DNA of 64,000 nucleotides from an uncultured Bacilli bacterium (GTDB lineage Bacteria; Bacillota_I; Bacilli_A; RF39; UBA660): NCBI GenBank assembly GCA_910583945.1, contig CAJTYF010000003.1, positions 3,466 to 67,465 of the forward strand, read 5' to 3'. Shown piece by piece: positions 60,302 to 64,000 of this stretch (position 1 is its first letter; each line of letters starts with the position of its first letter). The notes under the pieces were generated by a model. It saw only the letters and a program-made list of their open reading frames with translations, ran no database searches and was not told where the DNA came from. The position numbers and the translations under genes were made by a program.

Positions 60302-61951
60302 TTAATCTCCTTTTCCAATAAATTCTCTCAAAATGGAATCTTTACTTATATATTCGCTTGGTATCGGGTAAAATCCTTGTAACGATTTAATTAATCTTCT
60401 TGCTTCTTCATAAAATGGAGAATCTAAACCTACGGAATAAAGTAAAGGTTCAACAAACACTTTCATAACTCCTATTTCAAAACTATAAGCGGTATTAATA
60501 ACTATATCAGCTTGATGAATGTACGGGAAAATGTATTTTTCTTCTCCTTCACGGACACTTTGCCAAAGATTAATGGTTTCTGACACATTGGTTCCGCGAG
60601 TGCGATTGTCTCTAACAATTCTTCTAAGTAATCTTAAGTCAACGGTTGAAACATAATTGTGACGATCGATTCCTAAAGGAATAAAAGGACTTAAATAAAT
60701 CTTGTATTTATATTTGTTTTCTACTTCATTCGTTAGGGCATCGTTTAAACAATGTAAGCCTTCTATTAGTAGAATACTATTTGATGTCATTTTAACGGGA
60801 TTTGATCCTCTATTTTTTTTCTTAATGACAAAATCGTAAACGGGCAAATACACTTCTTTTCCATTTAATAAATCCATTAAATCTTGATTAAACATTTTGG
60901 TATCGATGGCTTCTAAAGATTCAAAATCGTACTCTCCATTTTCTTTTATAGGTGTTTGTTCACGGTCTTTATAGTAATCATCTACAGAAATAGGAATGGT
61001 GTCATACCCTAAGGTTTTTAAGTAACTGGATAGCCTCTTATTTGTAGTGGTTTTTCCAGTTGAAGATGGTCCAGATATTAACACGATTTTTACGTCTCGT
61101 TTTTCATGGATAATGTTGGCTACTTTTGAAATATGGCTATTAAAAATGAGTTCATTTGCTTCTATTAACCCTTTGATTTTACTTGAACTCACTTGTTCAT
61201 TTAAATCAGGTAGATATGGAACTTTCATGGTTTCTAACCAAGCTTTCCCTTCTTCAAAAGTATCAATGATATTATTGTAGTGTACGTATTCAGGAACGGA
61301 ACCATCTGTTCTACTACTTGGATAAACTAACACAATTTTATTTTTTCCTAAATAAACTAACTCATATTTATTTATTTTTTTTGTGCTGTAAGGTAATTCT
61401 GTATAATAATAATTATAATAATCTTTTAATTTATAAAAACTGATGATCTCACTATTTGTATTATGAACATTTTGCGCTTTTTCATGCTGATTATGGCTTT
61501 CAAAATAAGTGATAGCATCTTTTCTTACTACATTATATTTGGTTATTTTTTCATCATTATTAATAATGGTGTTCATGTTTTCTTTAATCACGTTTAAGTC
61601 ATCTTTAATAATGCTTTTATTTCCTTTTATTTCAGCCATAATTCCTTTCGGCACGCTATGCAAAAAGTTTACTTCGACATTCGGAAAACTTAATTTTACA
61701 GCGACTTCAAAAATAAATTTTAAAGCTGCTTGATACATACGATAACCATAAGGATCTGTTACGTCTACAAATGAAATACGACAATCTCTAGCTAATTTCG
61801 TATGCATAGCTACTATTTCATTATTTATTTTGGCACCAATGATATCATGCGTCATTTTATCCTGATAATATTCTGCTACTTGATAAACGGTGGTTCCGCT
61901 TTTAAATTCTTTTACAGAACCATCTTCAAACGTTACTTTAATATCCGTCAT
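60302..61951 (-). CDS. Uridine-kinase-family nucleoside kinase with an N-terminal TGS domain
   Basis: N-terminal TGS-like beta-grasp (MTDIKVTFEDGSVKEF..). The C-terminal PRK/Udk P-loop is VLISGPSSTGKTT. Confidence 0.6.
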   Translation of the reverse strand: MTDIKVTFEDGSVKEFKSGTTVYQVAEYYQDKMTHDIIGAKINNEIVAMHTKLARDCRISFVDVTDPYGYRMYQAALKFIFEVAVKLSFPNVEVNFLHSVPKGIMAEIKGNKSIIKDDLNVIKENMNTIINNDEKITKYNVVRKDAITYFESHNQHEKAQNVHNTNSEIISFYKLKDYYNYYYTELPYSTKKINKYELVYLGKNKIVLVYPSSRTDGSVPEYVHYNNIIDTFEEGKAWLETMKVPYLPDLNEQVSSSKIKGLIEANELIFNSHISKVANIIHEKRDVKIVLISGPSSTGKTTTNKRLSSYLKTLGYDTIPISVDDYYKDREQTPIKENGEYDFESLEAIDTKMFNQDLMDLLNGKEVYLPVYDFVIKKKNRGSNPVKMTSNSILLIEGLHCLNDALTNEVENKYKYKIYLSPFIPLGIDRHNYVSTVDLRLLRRIVRDNRTRGTNVSETINLWQSVREGEEKYIFPYIHQADIVINTAYSFEIGVMKVFVEPLLYSVGLDSPFYEEARRLIKSLQGFYPIPSEYISKDSILREFIGKGD

Positions 61952-62076
61952 AGTTATCCCTCTTATTCTAGTTCATTTTATCATATTGTTTTTTATTTTG
62001 GTAGTTCTTTTAAAATAAATAATAGGGATTTGTTATACTATTTGGCAAAATTTGACGAAAAAATTTTGTTAGATTT

Positions 62077-63228
62077 TTAATCTATTAAAAATCTTGGTCG
62101 CAACCCTAAACTTTGATTAGCTGGATAAATAAGAGCGTCTCGACCAATACTTGCAACTGAAAACTCATGAACACTTCCAAATCTAGTATTTTCATAACTA
62201 TTGATAAACTCCGGTTTAAGTTGAAATAGGGCATATTGATTATTATCCATTCCTGTATCATGACCACTTGATGACCAAACATTTCCTCCATAAACATTTA
62301 TTTCGCTCATTAAATCTACTTTTCTTGAATACTAGCCTACCCCATTTGAAGCTCCAACTGTTATACCACCACTTGAATTTATAGCAGTTGCGTCTATCCC
62401 CATAGATAGCATATTTTGGCATTCTATAATATGACCGCCAAACGCTTTACCAATTACTCCATCACTCGCTGCTAAACTTGGTAGGGTACTTGTTGCCATT
62501 CGGCTTCCTGCATAGCCGCCTTCGGTTGTAGCTGTTGCATTCATAGGTGCATTCATTAATGGTGTAGCAGGTATGATTGTAACATGATGTTTGGTAAGCT
62601 CTGTTGCTCCACTATGCAAATAATTATCAATATCTGCTATAAGCCATGTTATGTCATTTGCTATGATATAATCACCGACATAAAGGTCTTCAAAACTTCC
62701 ATTACTGATTCTAATATATAAACTTCCATCTGTATAATAAGGAGTTATATCTTTTCCTCGATAAGTATTTCTATGTAACGCTTTTCCAGCTTCTATATAT
62801 TTGTTGTATTCTTCTTCACTTAATCCACTTGTAAACTCGACGTTGCATTTTGATTCACTGCTGACATTGTTTAACACTAAGTTCCAATTATTATAATCCC
62901 ATTCCCCAAACGTTCCATTCGTACAGTGCACATTTGTTTTGTATAAGCCTCTTTCTGGAATACTTTCACTTTTTTTATCATCAATCACTACAGATAGCAT
63001 TTTAATATCGTAACCAAAATCAGGAATTCTTCCTTTTAATATGTTGAAACTTTTCTTCTCTTCATAGAAAGCAAATGTTTTATACAGCGTGATACTTCCT
63101 ATAATTAGTAGCATTCCTACTATAGAATAAATGATTTTTTTATTCTTTTTGTTTCTGGTAAACCTTTCTAGTTGGTTATTAGTTTCTAATAACTCCCCCC
63201 CCCCATTTGTCTTTTTTACTTTTTTCAT
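62077..63228 (-). pseudogene. Surface-protein family copy 4, interrupted by an in-frame amber codon at a conserved Trp
   Basis: The ORFs 62332..63228 and 62077..62310 are in the same frame. The TAG at 62332-62334 replaces the TGG of the conserved W(E/A)WY motif. The 5' end (MKKVKKTNGGGE) is in frame through the G10 tract. Confidence 0.6.
63195..63204 (-). repeat. Homopolymeric G10 tract (C10 on the plus strand) in the 5' coding region of copy 4
   Basis: Read directly. Confidence 0.9.
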
Positions 63229-63294
63229 TTTTTATTTTTCCTTTCCTAAAGACTATTCATAACCAAATAAAGTTTTTACCTTATTTGTAATTTA

Positions 63295-63323
63295 ATTATA
63301 AGTCTTTTATTTTATTTAAACAA
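63295..63323 (-). promoter_or_regulatory. Promoter of copy 4 (TTGTTT-17-TATAAT)
   Basis: Conserved hexamers and spacing. Confidence 0.45.
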
Positions 63324-63354
63324 GAAAAAAAGAATTAACTTACCATCAACTCTT

Positions 63355-64000
63355 TCAACCAATTAAAAAGAAAGGACGGACACCTGTTGACATAGATGCA
63401 TTGCATTCATTTATAGTTACGTTAAGACGCATAATAGTAAACGAAGTTGCATTAGCCACCCCTCTTAGCCAATATTGAAATCTACTTTTTCCATAACTAT
63501 TAATCAATTCTGGTTTAAGTTGAAATAATGCATATTGTCTATTATCAATACCTGTATCAAAATAGCTTGAAGAAACGATATTGGTTCCATATAAACTCGC
63601 TTCACTCATTAAATCAGCTTTTCTGGTATACCAGTCCCATTCATCTGCTGCTCCTGTCCATCTGCCTCCACTTTGATTTATAACATCTTTATTAATATGA
63701 TTAGAAAGTACATTTCTATATTCTATAATATGACTTCCAAATGTCTTTCCTATAGATCCATCTAAAGAAACTAAGTTTGATAAGGTTTCTGTAACCATTT
63801 TACTTCCCATATAGCCGCCTTCAGCAGTATTTGTCGTATTCATTGGGGCATTCATGAGTGGCTTAGCCGGTATAATCGTTACATGATGTTTCGCAAGTCC
63901 ATCATCATTTGAGTTTGTCCAACCTGCATATAAATAATTATCAATATCTGCGATTAACCATGTGACATTATTAGCAAAAATGTAATCTCCAACATAAATA
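63355..64000 (-). CDS. Surface-protein family copy 5, 5' partial; the reading frame stays open to the window end
   Basis: The listed ORF begins at an internal Met. The frame continues upstream (..VGDYIFANNVTWLIADIDNYLYAGWTNSNDDGLAKHHVTIIPAKPLMNAPMNTT..) to position 64000. Confidence 0.65.
   Translation of the reverse strand, partial: IYVGDYIFANNVTWLIADIDNYLYAGWTNSNDDGLAKHHVTIIPAKPLMNAPMNTTNTAEGGYMGSKMVTETLSNLVSLDGSIGKTFGSHIIEYRNVLSNHINKDVINQSGGRWTGAADEWDWYTRKADLMSEASLYGTNIVSSSYFDTGIDNRQYALFQLKPELINSYGKSRFQYWLRGVANATSFTIMRLNVTINECNASMSTGVRPFFLIG

Larger units (their letters stand above)
63130..63330 (-). repeat. Conserved leader cassette copy D (more diverged)
   Basis: It shares the promoter block and the taataac-Cn-att/ttc segment. 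Confidence 0.7.

Noticed and set aside
1..64000. Looked for a CRISPR array, tRNA or rRNA genes, and transposase or integrase genes flanking the repeated cassettes.
   Set aside because: No regularly spaced direct repeats, no tRNA-like T-arm (GTTCGAATC-type) segments and no transposase- or recombinase-like ORFs were seen. The surface-protein repeats are therefore not IS elements, and the array belonging to cas9 must lie outside the window.
1..64000. Considered a Mollicutes-type genetic code (UGA as Trp) because of the very low GC and the Mycoplasma-like phase-variable surface genes.
   Set aside because: Conserved Trp residues in ribosomal proteins are encoded by TGG, and the ORFs end at TGA. 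Spo0A, SpoIIID and SpoIID indicate a spore-forming Firmicute.

Overview
Low-GC (about 28-30%) Firmicute-type chromosomal segment using the standard genetic code (Trp is TGG; TGA acts as a stop). Almost all genes lie on the minus strand. The core is the S10-spc-alpha ribosomal superoperon (rpsJ to rplQ, about 36.9-50.9 kb, including secY, adk, map, infA, rpmJ and rpoA). It also carries a gap-pgk-tpiA ... gpmI glycolytic cluster, gltX-cysS, clpC, uvrA, lgt, trxB, rpmE, rpiB, hpf, cspA, asnB, tex and cysE. Sporulation genes (spo0A, spoIID-spoIIQ-like-spoIIID) show that this is an endospore-lineage organism, probably Clostridia or Erysipelotrichia with a reduced genome. Five further things are not housekeeping. 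(1) The first 1730 nt encode the N-terminal about 576 aa of an SaCas9-like type II Cas9. The ORF track missed it because the gene runs off the window edge; the cas1, cas2 and CRISPR array presumably lie beyond position 1. (2) There is an agr-type peptide quorum-sensing locus, agrB-agrD convergent with agrC-agrA, including a 39-codon agrD that the ORF track does not list. (3) A HerA/FtsK-superfamily ATPase is followed by two roughly 105-aa WXG100-like proteins and a TasA/camelysin-like secreted protein. (4) The most striking feature is a five-copy family of N-terminally membrane-anchored surface proteins of unknown function. Copies sit at about 10.7, 35.0, 54.9, 62.1 and 63.4 kb. Each copy sits behind a near-identical 190-bp promoter/leader cassette that carries TTGnnn-17-TATAAT. 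The 5' coding region holds a poly-G tract of 4 or 10 G that decides whether the first ATG is in frame. The N-terminal halves are conserved and the C-terminal halves are variable. One copy carries a frameshift and one an amber mutation, and about 240 bp is identical between two copies. Taken together these properties point to a phase-variable, recombining surface-antigen (contingency) system, which is unusual in Firmicutes. (5) spo0A, one surface-protein copy and a lytic transglycosylase are inserted between tpiA and gpmI. No rRNA, tRNA or CRISPR array was seen in the window.
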